Positions 10,498 through 21,981 of a stretch of DNA of 32,965 nt are shown piece by piece. The notes beneath the pieces were generated by a model, which searched no databases, was not told where the DNA came from, and was given only the letters and a program-made list of their open reading frames with translations. The translations under genes were made by a program, and so were the position numbers. This stretch comes from Thalassomonas sp. (GTDB lineage: Bacteria; Bacteroidota; Bacteroidia; Flavobacteriales; BACL11). The first letter of the stretch is position 1, and each line of letters begins with the position of its first letter. The stretch is from the NCBI GenBank assembly GCA_047617145.1, contig JBLGCF010000003.1:1-32965 (forward strand), written 5' to 3'.

Positions 10498-11049
10498 ATG
10501 TCAAGAATAGGAAAAAACCCAATAACAATTACCGAAGGAGTTACTGTAACTCAAGAAGGTACTGTTATAAGGGTAAAAGGAAAATTAGGTGAGCTTTCTC
10601 AAGATATTGATGCAAGTATTACGGTAACAATTGCAGATAATGTGATTGCTTTCACAAGAGAATCTGACCATAAGGATCATAGGTCAAAGCACGGTTTGTA
10701 CAGAGCTTTAATTGCAAATATGATTGAAGGAGTAACTAAAGGTTATTCTAAAAAATTAGAACTTAGAGGAGTAGGTTACAGAGCGACAACTCAAGGTAAT
10801 ACTTTAGATATATCAACAGGATATTCGCACAATATAGTATTTGATATTCCAACTGAAATTAAAGTTGTTGCTGAAACTGAAAAAGGAAAAGCACCAACTG
10901 TAACTATTTCAGGATGTGATAAACAATTAGTTGGAGCTGTTGCAGCAAGAATTAGAGCAGAAAGAAAACCTGAACCGTACAAAGGAAAAGGAATTAGATA
11001 TGTTGGTGAATACGTTAGAAAGAAAGCTGGTAAAACAGCTGCAAGTTAA
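10498..11049 (+). CDS. rplF: 50S ribosomal protein L6
   Basis: MSRIGK, GVGYRA and PEPYKGKGIRY motifs. Confidence 0.99.
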   Translation: MSRIGKNPITITEGVTVTQEGTVIRVKGKLGELSQDIDASITVTIADNVIAFTRESDHKDHRSKHGLYRALIANMIEGVTKGYSKKLELRGVGYRATTQGNTLDISTGYSHNIVFDIPTEIKVVAETEKGKAPTVTISGCDKQLVGAVAARIRAERKPEPYKGKGIRYVGEYVRKKAGKTAAS

Positions 11050-11063
11050 AATAAGATAATAAG

Positions 11064-11405
11064 ATGACACAATCAAAAAAAGACTCTAGACAAAGAGTAA
11101 GATATACGATCAGAAAGAAAGTTTCTGGTACTTCTGAAAGGCCAAGATTAGCAATTTTCAGGTCTAACAAGGGTATTTATGCTCAAGTTATTGATGATGT
11201 AAATGGGAATACACTTGCTTCAGCATCTTCAAAAGAAGCTAAAGGAACTAAAACTGAACAAGCTACAGTAGTAGGTAAATTAATTGCTGAAACAGCTAAA
11301 AAAGCTGGAATTGAAACTGTAGTTTTCGATAGAGGAGGGTTTTTATACCATGGTAGAGTTAAAGCATTGGCTGATTCAGCTCGTGAAGCAGGATTAAAAT
11401 TTTAA
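11064..11405 (+). CDS. rplR: 50S ribosomal protein L18
   Basis: [10 protein letters not shown] and [17 protein letters not shown] motifs. Confidence 0.99.
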   Translation: MTQSKKDSRQRVRYTIRKKVSGTSERPRLAIFRSNKGIYAQVIDDVNGNTLASASSKEAKGTKTEQATVVGKLIAETAKKAGIETVVFDRGGFLYHGRVKALADSAREAGLKF

Positions 11406-11414
11406 GAATTAGAT

Positions 11415-11939
11415 ATGTTAAAATTAGCACAAAATAAAAGAGTAAAGATTTCTGGCGATATCGAGTTGAAAGACAGATTAGTTGGAGTACAAAGAGTAGT
11501 AAAAGTTACTAAAGGGGGTAGAACTTTTGGATTTTCAGCTATTGTTGTAGTTGGTGATGAAAAAAGTGTTGTTGGTATTGGCTTAGGAAAATCGAAAGAT
11601 GTTGCTACAGCTATTGCTAAAGGAATTGATGCTGCGAAAAAGAATTTAGTAAGAATTCCTATTTATAAAGGAACTATTCCTCATGAGCAAACTGCTAAGT
11701 TCAGTGGATCTCAAGTTTTAATTAAGCCTGCATCACATGGTACAGGAGTAAAAGCTGGGGGTGCAATGCGTGCGGTATTAGAGAGTGCTGGTGTAAAAGA
11801 TGTATTGGCAAAATCTAAAGGTTCTTCAAATCCTCATAACTTGGTAAAAGCGACTTTAAAAGCTTTATTAGAATTGAGAGACGCAAGAACAGTTGCAATG
11901 CAGAGAGGGATAACAATGGATCAAGTATTTAACGGATAA
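11415..11939 (+). CDS. rpsE: 30S ribosomal protein S5
   Basis: [10 protein letters not shown] and GTGVKAGG motifs. Confidence 0.99.
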   Translation: MLKLAQNKRVKISGDIELKDRLVGVQRVVKVTKGGRTFGFSAIVVVGDEKSVVGIGLGKSKDVATAIAKGIDAAKKNLVRIPIYKGTIPHEQTAKFSGSQVLIKPASHGTGVKAGGAMRAVLESAGVKDVLAKSKGSSNPHNLVKATLKALLELRDARTVAMQRGITMDQVFNG

Positions 11940-11949
11940 TATATTTAGC

Positions 11950-12126
11950 ATGGATAAGATTAAAATTAAACAAGTTAGAAGTAGAATTGGAAGACCAAAG
12001 GATCAAAAGAGAACTTTAGATGCATTGGGATTAAGAAAGATGAATGCGGTAGTGGAGCATAATGCAACACCACAAATTTTAGGAATGGTTGCTAAAATTA
12101 AGCACCTAATAACTGTAGTAGAATAA
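11950..12126 (+). CDS. rpmD: 50S ribosomal protein L30 (58 aa, below the ORF-track cutoff)
   Basis: Manual translation gives MDKIKIKQVRSRIGRPKDQKRTLDALGLRKMNAVVEHNATPQILGMVAKIKHLITVVE*, at the canonical position between rpsE and rplO. Confidence 0.98.
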   Translation: MDKIKIKQVRSRIGRPKDQKRTLDALGLRKMNAVVEHNATPQILGMVAKIKHLITVVE

Positions 12127-12134
12127 TATCAGAT

Positions 12135-12590
12135 ATGGAATTACATAATTTAAAACCTGCAAAAGGTTCAATTAAAGGAACGAAAAGAGTAGGTAGAGGA
12201 GAGGGGTCTAAGAAAGGAGGAACATCTACTAGAGGACATAATGGTCAAAAATCTCGTTCAGGATATTCAAAGAAAATTGGATTTGAGGGGGGACAACAAC
12301 CTTTACAAAGAAGAGTGCCTAAGTTTGGATTTACGAATCCAAATAGAGTAGAGTACAATGGCGTTAACTTAGATACTATCCAAGCTTTAGTTGACTCAAA
12401 GAAATTAAAGGGAACTATTGTACAACAAGATTTGATGGATAATGGTCTTGTACAAAAGAATGATTTAGTGAAAATTTTAGGTAGAGGTGAGTTAACAGCT
12501 AAGTTAGATATTACTGTTAATGCATTTTCTGGAACTGCAAAGGCAGCAATTGAAAAGGCTGGTGGAACTGCAACTGTTATAGAAAAGTAA
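12135..12590 (+). CDS. rplO: 50S ribosomal protein L15
   Basis: RVGRGEGS and GFEGGQQPLQRRVPKFGF motifs. Confidence 0.99.
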   Translation: MELHNLKPAKGSIKGTKRVGRGEGSKKGGTSTRGHNGQKSRSGYSKKIGFEGGQQPLQRRVPKFGFTNPNRVEYNGVNLDTIQALVDSKKLKGTIVQQDLMDNGLVQKNDLVKILGRGELTAKLDITVNAFSGTAKAAIEKAGGTATVIEK

Positions 12591-12591
12591 G

Positions 12592-13929
12592 ATGAGAAAA
12601 TTAATAGATACAATAAAGAATATTTGGAATATTGAAGATTTGAGAAATCGAATCTTAACTACATTAGGAATTCTAGCTATTTATAGATTAGGTTGTTTTG
12701 TTGTAATTCCTGGTGTTGATCCTGCACAGCTTGCTGCCTTACAAGATCAGACTTCTGATGGTTTATTGGGACTATTAAATATGTTTACTGGGGGTGCATT
12801 CTCACAAGCGTCAATTTTCGCTTTGGGTATTATGCCTTATATCTCTGCTTCTATTGTTATTCAATTAATGGGAATGGCTGTACCATATTTCCAAAAATTA
12901 CAAAAAGAGGGTGAGAGTGGAAGAAGAAAAATTAATAATATTACAAGATACCTAACTATCTTAATCACTGCAGGACAAGCACCTGGTTATATTGCTAACT
13001 TAAAAGCAACATTACCTGAAACAGCTTTCTTATTACCTGCAGGAGGATTTTGGTTATCATCAATTATTATATTGGTAACGGGTACTATGTTTGTAATGTG
13101 GTTAGGTGAAAAAATTACGGATAGAGGTATTGGTAATGGAATCTCATTATTAATTATGATTGGTATTATTGCAGGTCTACCACAATCATTAATGCAAGAA
13201 TTTGTTTCTTCCTTAGGTTCAGCAGGTGGTGGTTTAGTTATCTTTTTAGTCGAAATGCTAGCTTTATTATTTGTAATTTTAGTAACGATCCTTTTGGTTC
13301 AAGGGACAAGAAGAATTCCTGTTCAGTATGCTAAAAGAGTAGTTGGAAATAAACAATACGGAGGAGTAAGACAATTCATTCCTTTAAAAGTGAATGCAGC
13401 AGGAGTAATGCCAATTATCTTTGCGCAAGCAATTATGTTTGTCCCTATTACATTAGTTGGTTTTTCTGAAAATGAAAGCTTACAAGGTGTTGCTGCAGTA
13501 CTTACTGATTTTGGAGGGTTCTGGTACAATCTAATGTTCTTTGTAATGATTGTATTATTTACTTATTTTTATACAGCTATGACGGTTAATCCTAATCAAA
13601 TGGCTGATGATATGAAAAAGAATGGAGGATTTATTCCTGGTGTAAAACCAGGAAGATCTACTGCTGATTATTTAGATGCTGTAATGTCAAGAATTACATT
13701 GCCAGGATCTTTATTCTTAGGTTTAGTAGCTATTTTGCCAGCATTTGCAATGGCAGGAGGAATTAACATGCAGTTCGCACAATTTTATGGTGGTACTTCA
13801 TTGTTAATTTTAGTTGGGGTTATTTTAGATACCCTTCAGCAAATTGAGAGTCATTTGTTAATGCGTCATTATGATGGGTTAATGGACTCAGGAAGAATTA
13901 AAGGTAAGTCTTCTGGAAGTATGATGTAA
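12592..13929 (+). CDS. secY: Preprotein translocase subunit SecY
   Basis: SIFALGIMPYISASI, GIGNGISL and GGTSLLI motifs, multiple hydrophobic segments. Confidence 0.99.
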   Translation: MRKLIDTIKNIWNIEDLRNRILTTLGILAIYRLGCFVVIPGVDPAQLAALQDQTSDGLLGLLNMFTGGAFSQASIFALGIMPYISASIVIQLMGMAVPYFQKLQKEGESGRRKINNITRYLTILITAGQAPGYIANLKATLPETAFLLPAGGFWLSSIIILVTGTMFVMWLGEKITDRGIGNGISLLIMIGIIAGLPQSLMQEFVSSLGSAGGGLVIFLVEMLALLFVILVTILLVQGTRRIPVQYAKRVVGNKQYGGVRQFIPLKVNAAGVMPIIFAQAIMFVPITLVGFSENESLQGVAAVLTDFGGFWYNLMFFVMIVLFTYFYTAMTVNPNQMADDMKKNGGFIPGVKPGRSTADYLDAVMSRITLPGSLFLGLVAILPAFAMAGGINMQFAQFYGGTSLLILVGVILDTLQQIESHLLMRHYDGLMDSGRIKGKSSGSMM

Positions 13930-13941
13930 TCATAATTAGTT

Positions 13942-14715
13942 ATGATTAATTATAAGACGGAAGAAGAGATAGAGTTAGTAAGAAAAAGTTCTTTACTTGT
14001 TGCAAGAACCCATGCTGAGATAGCAGGGCTGATAAAACCAGGGATAACTACCCTAGCATTAGATAAAATTGCTGAAGAGTTTATCAGGGATAACGGAGGA
14101 GTTCCAGCTTTTAAAGGTTATGGAGGCTTTCCTAATACCTTATGTATGTCACCAAATGATCAGGTGGTACATGGTATCCCAAATGATAGAGTTCTTGAAG
14201 ATAGCGAAATTTTATCGGTGGATTGTGGAGTAGTGATGAATGGCTATTATGGTGATTCTGCTTTTACCTATGAAGTTGGTGAAGTAGATGCTGAAACAAA
14301 ACAATTACTTAAAGTAACTAAAGAGTCACTTTATAAAGGAATTGAACAAGCAGTACCCGGAAATAGAATTGGTGATATTGGTTATGCCATACAGCAACAT
14401 GCTGAAAGCTTTGGATATGGTGTGGTTAGAGAATTAGTAGGACATGGTGTAGGGGAAAATTTACATGAGTCGCCAGAAGTGCCTAATTACGGAAGAAGAG
14501 GAAGAGGGGTTATGCTTAAAGAAGGATTAGTTATTGCTATTGAGCCAATGATTAATATGGGAACTAGGCGGATTTTGCAACATAATGATGGATGGACAAT
14601 AACAACTGTTGATAATAAACCATCTGCACATTTTGAACACACAATTGTAGTTCGAAAAGGAAAAGCAGAAATATTATCAAGTTTTGAAGAAATAGAGAAA
14701 AAGATAAATGGCTAA
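13942..14715 (+). CDS. map: Methionine aminopeptidase type I
   Basis: VVHGIP, GDSA, GHGVG-LHE, AIEPM and SAHFEHT motifs. Overlaps infA by 8 nt. Confidence 0.98.
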   Translation: MINYKTEEEIELVRKSSLLVARTHAEIAGLIKPGITTLALDKIAEEFIRDNGGVPAFKGYGGFPNTLCMSPNDQVVHGIPNDRVLEDSEILSVDCGVVMNGYYGDSAFTYEVGEVDAETKQLLKVTKESLYKGIEQAVPGNRIGDIGYAIQQHAESFGYGVVRELVGHGVGENLHESPEVPNYGRRGRGVMLKEGLVIAIEPMINMGTRRILQHNDGWTITTVDNKPSAHFEHTIVVRKGKAEILSSFEEIEKKING

Positions 14716-14923
14716 ACAAGCTAACATAGAATTGGATGGAACGATAACACAAGCATTGTCAAATGCTATGTTTCGTGTAGAATTGGAAAATGGGCATATT
14801 GTAGTCGCACATATTTCAGGTAAAATGAGAAAGTTTTATATTAAATTGTTGCCAGGTGATAAAGTAAAGATGGAAATGTCACCATACGATTTGACAAAAG
14901 GAAGAATAACATATAGGTACTAA
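14708..14923 (+). CDS. infA: Translation initiation factor IF-1
   Basis: [16 protein letters not shown] and [13 protein letters not shown] motifs. Confidence 0.99.
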   Translation: MAKQANIELDGTITQALSNAMFRVELENGHIVVAHISGKMRKFYIKLLPGDKVKMEMSPYDLTKGRITYRY

Positions 14924-14937
14924 TAAAATAATTTAAA

Positions 14938-15054
14938 ATGAAAGTACGAGCATCAGTAAAAAAAAGAAGTGAAGATTGCAAGATCGTCAAAAGAAAAGGA
15001 CGAGTTTATGTAATTAATAAGAAGAACCCAAGGTATAAACAAAGACAAGGTTAA
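14938..15054 (+). CDS. rpmJ: 50S ribosomal protein L36, form without the zinc ribbon (38 aa, missed by the ORF track)
   Basis: Manual translation gives [38 protein letters not shown], with a single Cys. Confidence 0.98.
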   Translation: MKVRASVKKRSEDCKIVKRKGRVYVINKKNPRYKQRQG

Positions 15055-15057
15055 ACA

Positions 15058-15426
15058 ATGGCAAGAATTAAAGGTATTGATTTACCAAAAAACAAAAGAG
15101 GAGTTATTGGATTAACTTATATTTACGGAATTGGTTCAACTTTTGCAGTAACAATTTTAGATGAAGCAAATGTTTCTCATGACATTAAAGTTCAAGATTG
15201 GACTGATGAGCAAACTAATGCAATTAGAGATATCATTGGAGAGAAATTTACTGTTGAAGGTGAATTAAGAGCTGAAACAAAAATGAACATTAAGCGATTA
15301 ATGGATATTGGTTGTTACAGAGGTATTCGTCACAGAATGGGACTTCCTTTAAGAGGGCAAAGAACAAAAAACAATTCTAGAACCAGAAAAGGGAAAAGAA
15401 AAACTGTTGCTAATAAAAAGAAATAA
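15058..15426 (+). CDS. rpsM: 30S ribosomal protein S13
   Basis: [16 protein letters not shown] and [11 protein letters not shown] motifs. Confidence 0.99.
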   Translation: MARIKGIDLPKNKRGVIGLTYIYGIGSTFAVTILDEANVSHDIKVQDWTDEQTNAIRDIIGEKFTVEGELRAETKMNIKRLMDIGCYRGIRHRMGLPLRGQRTKNNSRTRKGKRKTVANKKK

Positions 15427-15435
15427 TAGATAATT

Positions 15436-15816
15436 ATGGCTAAAACAACAAAAAAGAACACAGTAAGAGTTGAAGCTGAAGGGCAAGCGCACATTCAGGC
15501 AACTTTTAACAACATTATTATTTCACTTACTAATAAAGGAGGACAAGTTATTTCTTGGTCTTCAGCTGGTAAGATGGGATTCAGAGGATCCAAAAAGAAT
15601 ACTCCTTATGCTGCACAGATGGCTGCTGAGGACTGCTCAAAAGTAGCTCTTGATAAAGGGTTAAAAAGAGTAAAGGTTTATGTTAAGGGACCTGGTCAAG
15701 GTAGAGAATCTGCTATCAGAACAATTCATAATTCTGGTATCATTGTTACTGAGATTGTAGATGTTACTCCATTGCCACACAATGGATGTCGTCCACCGAA
15801 AAAGAGAAGAGTTTAA
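15436..15816 (+). CDS. rpsK: 30S ribosomal protein S11
   Basis: TFNNII, TPYAAQ and [13 protein letters not shown] motifs. Confidence 0.99.
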   Translation: MAKTTKKNTVRVEAEGQAHIQATFNNIIISLTNKGGQVISWSSAGKMGFRGSKKNTPYAAQMAAEDCSKVALDKGLKRVKVYVKGPGQGRESAIRTIHNSGIIVTEIVDVTPLPHNGCRPPKKRRV

Positions 15817-15840
15817 TATATTTATAATTAAGATAAAGAC

Positions 15841-16446
15841 ATGGCAAGATATACAGGCCCAACATCAAGAATTGCAAGAAGATTTGGAGAACCAATTTTT
15901 GGCCCAGACAAGGCATTAGCTAAAAAAGCTTACGGACCAGGACAGCACGGTAACCAAAGAAGGAGAGGTAAACAATCCGAATATGGCGTGCAGTTAATGG
16001 AAAAACAAAAAGCTAAGTTTACTTATGGTATTTTAGAGAAACAATTCTCTAACTTATTTAAGGAAGCACTTAGAAGAAAAGGAGTTACAGGTGAAAATTT
16101 ATTACAAATGTGTGAATTACGTTTGGATAATGTTGTATACCGTTTAGGAATTTCACCAACAAGAAGAGGTGCTCGTCAGTTAGTTACTCACAAACATATT
16201 ACTGTGAATGGAAACAATGTAAACATTCCTTCTTATGCTTTAAAAGTAGGTGATATTGTTTCAGTACGTGCACGTTCAAAATCATTAGAAACAATAACAA
16301 ATTCAATTACTGCTAGTCCTAATCAAATGGAATGGTTAGAATGGAATGGAGAAACTCAATTAGGTAAAGTTGTTGCTGCACCTGAAAGAATTCAAATTCC
16401 TGAAAACATCAAGGAGCAGTTAATTGTTGAATTGTACTCTAAATAA
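15841..16446 (+). CDS. rpsD: 30S ribosomal protein S4
   Basis: [17 protein letters not shown] and LIVELYSK motifs. Confidence 0.99.
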   Translation: MARYTGPTSRIARRFGEPIFGPDKALAKKAYGPGQHGNQRRRGKQSEYGVQLMEKQKAKFTYGILEKQFSNLFKEALRRKGVTGENLLQMCELRLDNVVYRLGISPTRRGARQLVTHKHITVNGNNVNIPSYALKVGDIVSVRARSKSLETITNSITASPNQMEWLEWNGETQLGKVVAAPERIQIPENIKEQLIVELYSK

Positions 16447-16468
16447 GAATAATTAAAAAATAAAAAAT

Positions 16469-17452
16469 ATGCCAATCTTAGATTTTCAAAAGCCAGATGA
16501 GGTAGTAATGATTAATGAAGCAGCTAACCAAGGAAACTTTGAGTTCCGTCCGTTAGAGCCAGGTTATGGTTTAACTGTGGGTAATGCGTTAAGAAGAGTT
16601 TTATTATCTTCTTTAGAAGGTTATGCTATTACATTAATCAGAATTACAGGTGTTGATCATGAATTTACTACTGTTGAAGGTGTTGTACAAGATGTTACTG
16701 AAATTATCTTAAACCTTAAACAAGTAAGATTTAAACAACAAATTGAAACTGTTGAATCAGAAGTTGCTACTTTAAAAGTGAGCAAAAGTGATGTAGTTAC
16801 TGCTGCTGATTTAGCAAGTAGCTTATCAAACTTTCAAGTGTTAAATCCTGAGCAAATTATTTGCGAATTGGATAAGAAAGTAACATTTGAAATGGAATTT
16901 ACAATTGCTAAAGGTAGAGGGTATGTTGCTGCTGAAGCGAATGAGATTGAAGATGCTCCAATAGGAACAATTGCTATTGATTCTATCTTTACTCCAATCA
17001 AGAATGTAAATTATAATGTTGAGAATTATAGAGTTGGTCAAAAAACTGATTTTGAAAAATTAAATTTAAACATTACTACTGACGGTTCAATTGATCCTAA
17101 ATTAGCATTAACTGAAGCGTCAAAAATATTAATTCAACACTTTATGTTATTCTCTGATGAAAAAATCAGTTTAGAAGAAGATACAGTGGAAGAATTTGAT
17201 GAGGATACTTTACACATGCGTCAGTTATTGAAAACGGAACTTACTGAGTTTGGTTTATCAGTTAGAGCATTGAATTGCTTAAAAACTGCAGAAGTATTTA
17301 CATTAGGTGAGTTAGTTTCTTTCAAAAAATCTGATATGTTAAAATTCAGAAACTTTGGTAAGAAATCACTATCAGAATTAGAGGATTTAATAGAAGAAAA
17401 AGGATTAACTTTCGGTTTTGATACTGCAAAGTATAATTTAGATAACGAATAG
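16469..17452 (+). CDS. rpoA: RNA polymerase alpha subunit
   Basis: [30 protein letters not shown] and RNFGKKSL motifs. Confidence 0.99.
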   Translation: MPILDFQKPDEVVMINEAANQGNFEFRPLEPGYGLTVGNALRRVLLSSLEGYAITLIRITGVDHEFTTVEGVVQDVTEIILNLKQVRFKQQIETVESEVATLKVSKSDVVTAADLASSLSNFQVLNPEQIICELDKKVTFEMEFTIAKGRGYVAAEANEIEDAPIGTIAIDSIFTPIKNVNYNVENYRVGQKTDFEKLNLNITTDGSIDPKLALTEASKILIQHFMLFSDEKISLEEDTVEEFDEDTLHMRQLLKTELTEFGLSVRALNCLKTAEVFTLGELVSFKKSDMLKFRNFGKKSLSELEDLIEEKGLTFGFDTAKYNLDNE

Positions 17453-17456
17453 AACA

Positions 17457-18116
17457 ATGAGACACGGAAAGAAATTTAACCATTTAAGTAGAAAAGCTGC
17501 TCACAGAAAAGCAATGCTTGCTAATATGGCATGTTCATTAATTGAACACAAAAGAATTAAAACTACTTTAGCGAAAGCAAAAGCATTAAGAGTATATGTT
17601 GAACCTTTGATTACTAAATCAAAAGACGATACTACACATTCAAGAAGAACTGTATTTTCTTACTTAAAGCAAAAAGAAGCAATTACTGAATTATTTGGTA
17701 ATATATCTGCTAAAATTGCTGACAGACCAGGAGGATATACTAGAATCTTGAAATTAAGTAATCGTTTAGGAGATAATGCTCAAATGGCATTTATTGAGTT
17801 AGTTGATTATAATGAAGAGTATACTACTGATAAGCCTAAACGTAAAAAAGCTAGAAGAGCTAAGGCTAAGAAAGTTGAAGTTGTGGCTGTAGCTCCTGCT
17901 GTTGAAGAAGCAGTAGTAGTTGAAGATGCTCCAGAAGCTGATGTAAAAGCTGAGGAATTAGTAGCTGAAAATCCAGTAGTTGAAGATGCTCCAGAAGCTG
18001 ATGTAAAAGCTGAGGAATTAGTAGCTGAAATTCCAGTAGTTGAGGAAGCTCCTGCTAAAATAGAAGCTAAGGAAGAAGCAGATAACTCTGAAAAGAAAGA
18101 AGAAAAAGGAGAGTAG
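17457..18116 (+). CDS. rplQ: 50S ribosomal protein L17 with a ~100-aa Ala/Glu/Val/Pro-rich C-terminal tail
   Basis: [13 protein letters not shown] and RPGGYTRI motifs. The core ends near ELVDYNE (aa 120). Confidence 0.98.
   Translation: MRHGKKFNHLSRKAAHRKAMLANMACSLIEHKRIKTTLAKAKALRVYVEPLITKSKDDTTHSRRTVFSYLKQKEAITELFGNISAKIADRPGGYTRILKLSNRLGDNAQMAFIELVDYNEEYTTDKPKRKKARRAKAKKVEVVAVAPAVEEAVVVEDAPEADVKAEELVAENPVVEDAPEADVKAEELVAEIPVVEEAPAKIEAKEEADNSEKKEEKGE
17915..18052 (+). repeat. In-frame 60-bp tandem repeat (two full copies plus a degenerate partial) in the rplQ tail
   Basis: 17915-17974 and 17975-18034 differ at one base (A17971 vs T18031) and encode [18 protein letters not shown](N/I)P. 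Confidence 0.95.
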
Positions 18117-18140
18117 TCTATAACTTCTTTTTAATATTTT

Positions 18141-18175
18141 AAAAAAGGGTAAAGCTTAGGTTTTATCCTTTTTTT
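18141..18175 (+). terminator. Rho-independent terminator ending the ribosomal superoperon
   Basis: AAAAAAGGGTAAAGC-ttag-GTTTTATCCTTTTTTT hairpin with two G-U pairs and a T7 tract, 24 nt after the rplQ stop. Confidence 0.8.
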
Positions 18176-18180
18176 ATAAA

Positions 18181-18188
18181 TAAATTTG
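18181..18188 (+). promoter_or_regulatory. -7 promoter element immediately before carA (probable leaderless transcript)
   Basis: TAAATTTG matches TAnnTTTG, followed by AAA and then ATG at 18192. Confidence 0.6.
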
Positions 18189-18191
18189 AAA

Positions 18192-19301
18192 ATGAAATAC
18201 AATAAGAAAAAAGCAGCAGTTTTATTATTAGCTGACGGAACTATCTTTCATGGTAAGGCTGTTGGAGTTGATGGTGTTGCTACAGGTGAGCTTTGTTTTA
18301 ATACAGGGATGACAGGCTATCAAGAAGTATTTACTGATCCTTCTTATTTTGGGCAATTAATGATTACTACAAATGCTCATATTGGTAATTATGGTGTTCA
18401 TAATGAAGAGGTAGAATCTGAAGATATGAAAATTGCAGGTTTAATTTGCAAGAATTTCAATACTGGTTTTTCGCGTGATGGTGGAGATGGTAATCTGCAT
18501 GACTATTTTGTGGCTCAAAATAAAGTTGTGATTTCTGATGTAGATACTAGATCTGTCGTAAGACACATCCGCGATAAAGGAGTTATGAATGCAATCATTT
18601 CAACTGCAACTACTGATATTGCTGAATTAACTAAATTATTAGCAGAAGTCCCTTCAATGGAAGGTTTAGAATTATCTTCTTCTGTTTGTACGAAAACACC
18701 TTATTTTGTGGGTGATGAAAATGCAACTCATAAAGTTGCTGTTTTGGATTTAGGGGTGAAACGTAATATCTTAACTTGTTTATCGGATAGAGATTGTTAC
18801 TTACAAGTATTCCCAATGCATACTTCTTATGAAGATATGAAAGCTTGGAATCCTGATGGATTCTTTTTGTCGAATGGTCCTGGAGATCCTTCTGCAATGC
18901 CAAAGGTTATTGAAGAAGTTAAAAACATTACAACTGATGGGAAACCTGTATTTGGAATCTGTTTAGGGCATCAAGCACTAGCACTTTCTGAAGGGATATC
19001 TACTTATAAGATGCACAATGGTCACAGGGGAATTAATCATCCTGTAATCAATTTAAGTACTAAAAAAGCAGAGGTTACTTCACAAAATCATGGTTTTGGA
19101 ATTTCAGAAGAAGATATTAAGAACAACCCTAATGTAGAGGTAACTCATGTGAACTTGAATGATGATACTATTGAAGGAATTAAATTGACAAACAAAAACT
19201 GTTTTTCAGTACAGTATCACCCAGAATCATCACCAGGTCCACACGATTCAAGATACTTATTTGATGAATTTGTGAATAATATTAAAAGCTATAAAAACTA
19301 A
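18192..19301 (+). CDS. carA: Carbamoyl-phosphate synthase small subunit (ATG 18192 preferred over TTG 18186)
   Basis: FNTGMTGYQE-TDPSY, LSNGPGDP, FGICLGHQ (catalytic Cys) and QYHPE motifs. Confidence 0.98.
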   Translation: MKYNKKKAAVLLLADGTIFHGKAVGVDGVATGELCFNTGMTGYQEVFTDPSYFGQLMITTNAHIGNYGVHNEEVESEDMKIAGLICKNFNTGFSRDGGDGNLHDYFVAQNKVVISDVDTRSVVRHIRDKGVMNAIISTATTDIAELTKLLAEVPSMEGLELSSSVCTKTPYFVGDENATHKVAVLDLGVKRNILTCLSDRDCYLQVFPMHTSYEDMKAWNPDGFFLSNGPGDPSAMPKVIEEVKNITTDGKPVFGICLGHQALALSEGISTYKMHNGHRGINHPVINLSTKKAEVTSQNHGFGISEEDIKNNPNVEVTHVNLNDDTIEGIKLTNKNCFSVQYHPESSPGPHDSRYLFDEFVNNIKSYKN

Positions 19302-19305
19302 TTAA

Positions 19306-20598
<1,293 letters not shown>

Positions 20599-20603
20599 AC
20601 TAT

Positions 20604-20611
20604 TATATTAG
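20604..20611 (+). promoter_or_regulatory. Possible -7 promoter element for gltA
   Basis: TATATTAG has one mismatch to TAnnTTTG and lies 20 nt upstream of the ATG, with an A-rich leader. Confidence 0.4.
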
Positions 20612-20631
20612 CAGGATTAAAAAAAGAGAAA

Positions 20632-21918
20632 ATGGCGAAGAAAGCAGAACTACACTATGATGGGAAGGTATTTGAACTTCCAGTTGTAACAGGAACGGAA
20701 GATGAAAATGCACTAGATATTAGTAAATTAAGAGGGGAGTCAGGCTTAATTACTTTAGATAGAGGGTTTAAAAATACAGGTTCTACTCAAAGTGCGATTA
20801 CTTTCCTAAACGGAGAAGAAGGTGTCTTAAGATACAGAGGTTATTCTATTGAAGAGTTAGCTGAAAAATCTTCTTTCTTAGAAGTATCCTTTTTATTAAT
20901 TTATGGTGAATTGCCAACTGCAGTAGAATTGGAGAAGTTTACTAAAGATATTTCGGAACACTCATTAGTACATGAAGATGTAAAATCAATTTTAGATGGT
21001 TATCCTTCTAAGGCTCATCCAATGGGAGTGCTTTCTTCATTGGTTTCTGCCTTAACAGCTTTTTATCCAAAGTCTTTAGATCCTAACCGTTCTAAAGCAC
21101 AGATTGATGGTAATATTATTCGTTTTATTGCTAAACTTCCAACCTTAGCTGCTTGGAGTTTTAAGAATAGAATGCGTCAGCCAATTATGTATCCTAAAAA
21201 TAAGTTGAACTATACTTCAAACTTTTTACACATGATGTTTGGCTTGCCAACTCAGGATACAGAAATAAACCCTGTTATTGCAAAAGCATTAGATAAACTA
21301 TTAATCTTACATGCTGATCATGAACAAAATTGTTCTGCTTCAACAGTAAGAATTGTTGGTTCTTCTCACGCTAGTTTATACGCATCTGTATCAGCAGGTA
21401 TTGCTGCACTTTGGGGACCATTACATGGTGGTGCTAACCAAGCTGTAATTGAAATGCTAGAAGAAATAAAAGCTGATGGTGGTGATGTAAGTAAGTACAT
21501 AGCAAAAGCAAAAGATAAAAATGATCCTTTCCGTTTAATGGGATTTGGACATAGAGTGTATAAGAATTTTGACCCAAGAGCAACTATCATTAAAAAAGCA
21601 TGTGATGATGTGTTGAGTGAATTAGGAATTGAAGATCCAGTATTGGATATTGCAATGGAATTAGAACAAGTAGCCTTGAATGATGAGTATTTCAAATCAA
21701 GAGGTTTGTACCCTAATGTTGATTTCTATTCAGGTATTATTTACAGAGCCTTAGGAATCCCTACGGATATGTTTACGGTTATGTTTGCTATTGGTAGGTT
21801 GCCAGGTTGGATTGCGCAATGGAAAGAAATGAGAGAAAATAACGAGCCAATTGGTAGGCCAAGACAAGTATATACTGGTGCTACTGAAAGAGGTTATGTT
21901 AATATGGAAAACAGATAA
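20632..21918 (+). CDS. gltA: Citrate synthase
   Basis: LHADHEQN, GPLHGGAN, GFGHRVYKNFDPRA and YPNVDFYSG motifs. Confidence 0.99.
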   Translation: MAKKAELHYDGKVFELPVVTGTEDENALDISKLRGESGLITLDRGFKNTGSTQSAITFLNGEEGVLRYRGYSIEELAEKSSFLEVSFLLIYGELPTAVELEKFTKDISEHSLVHEDVKSILDGYPSKAHPMGVLSSLVSALTAFYPKSLDPNRSKAQIDGNIIRFIAKLPTLAAWSFKNRMRQPIMYPKNKLNYTSNFLHMMFGLPTQDTEINPVIAKALDKLLILHADHEQNCSASTVRIVGSSHASLYASVSAGIAALWGPLHGGANQAVIEMLEEIKADGGDVSKYIAKAKDKNDPFRLMGFGHRVYKNFDPRATIIKKACDDVLSELGIEDPVLDIAMELEQVALNDEYFKSRGLYPNVDFYSGIIYRALGIPTDMFTVMFAIGRLPGWIAQWKEMRENNEPIGRPRQVYTGATERGYVNMENR

Positions 21919-21940
21919 TTTATTATTTATATGTTAGAAT

Positions 21941-21970
21941 AAAAAACTCAGCTATTAGCTGAGTTTTTTT
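21941..21970 (+). terminator. Rho-independent terminator after gltA
   Basis: AAAAAACTCAGC-tatta-GCTGAGTTTTTTT is a perfect inverted repeat with a T7 tract. Confidence 0.88.
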
Positions 21971-21977
21971 ATTTTTG
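21970..21977 (+). promoter_or_regulatory. -7 promoter element before the UbiD-family gene (probable leaderless transcript)
   Basis: TATTTTTG matches TAnnTTTG, followed by GGCT and then ATG at 21982. The first T is the last T of the terminator tract. Confidence 0.6.
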
Positions 21978-21981
21978 GGCT

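Noticed and set aside
9793-15054. Zinc-free S14 and L36 as a sign of zinc-starvation adaptation
   Set aside because: These forms are standard in the main operon of Bacteroidota.
11940-15824. TATATTTA before rpmD (11940-11947) and rpsD (15817-15824) as internal promoters
   Set aside because: One-mismatch, all-AT matches arise easily by chance. The same caveat lowers confidence in the helicase box.
17915-18052. 60-bp repeat as a CRISPR array or mobile-element end
   Set aside because: The copies are contiguous and in frame within rplQ, with no spacers and no cas or transposase genes.
18192-19301. carA without an adjacent carB
   Set aside because: Split carA/carB and the rplQ-carA-eno order are, to my knowledge, usual in Flavobacteriales.
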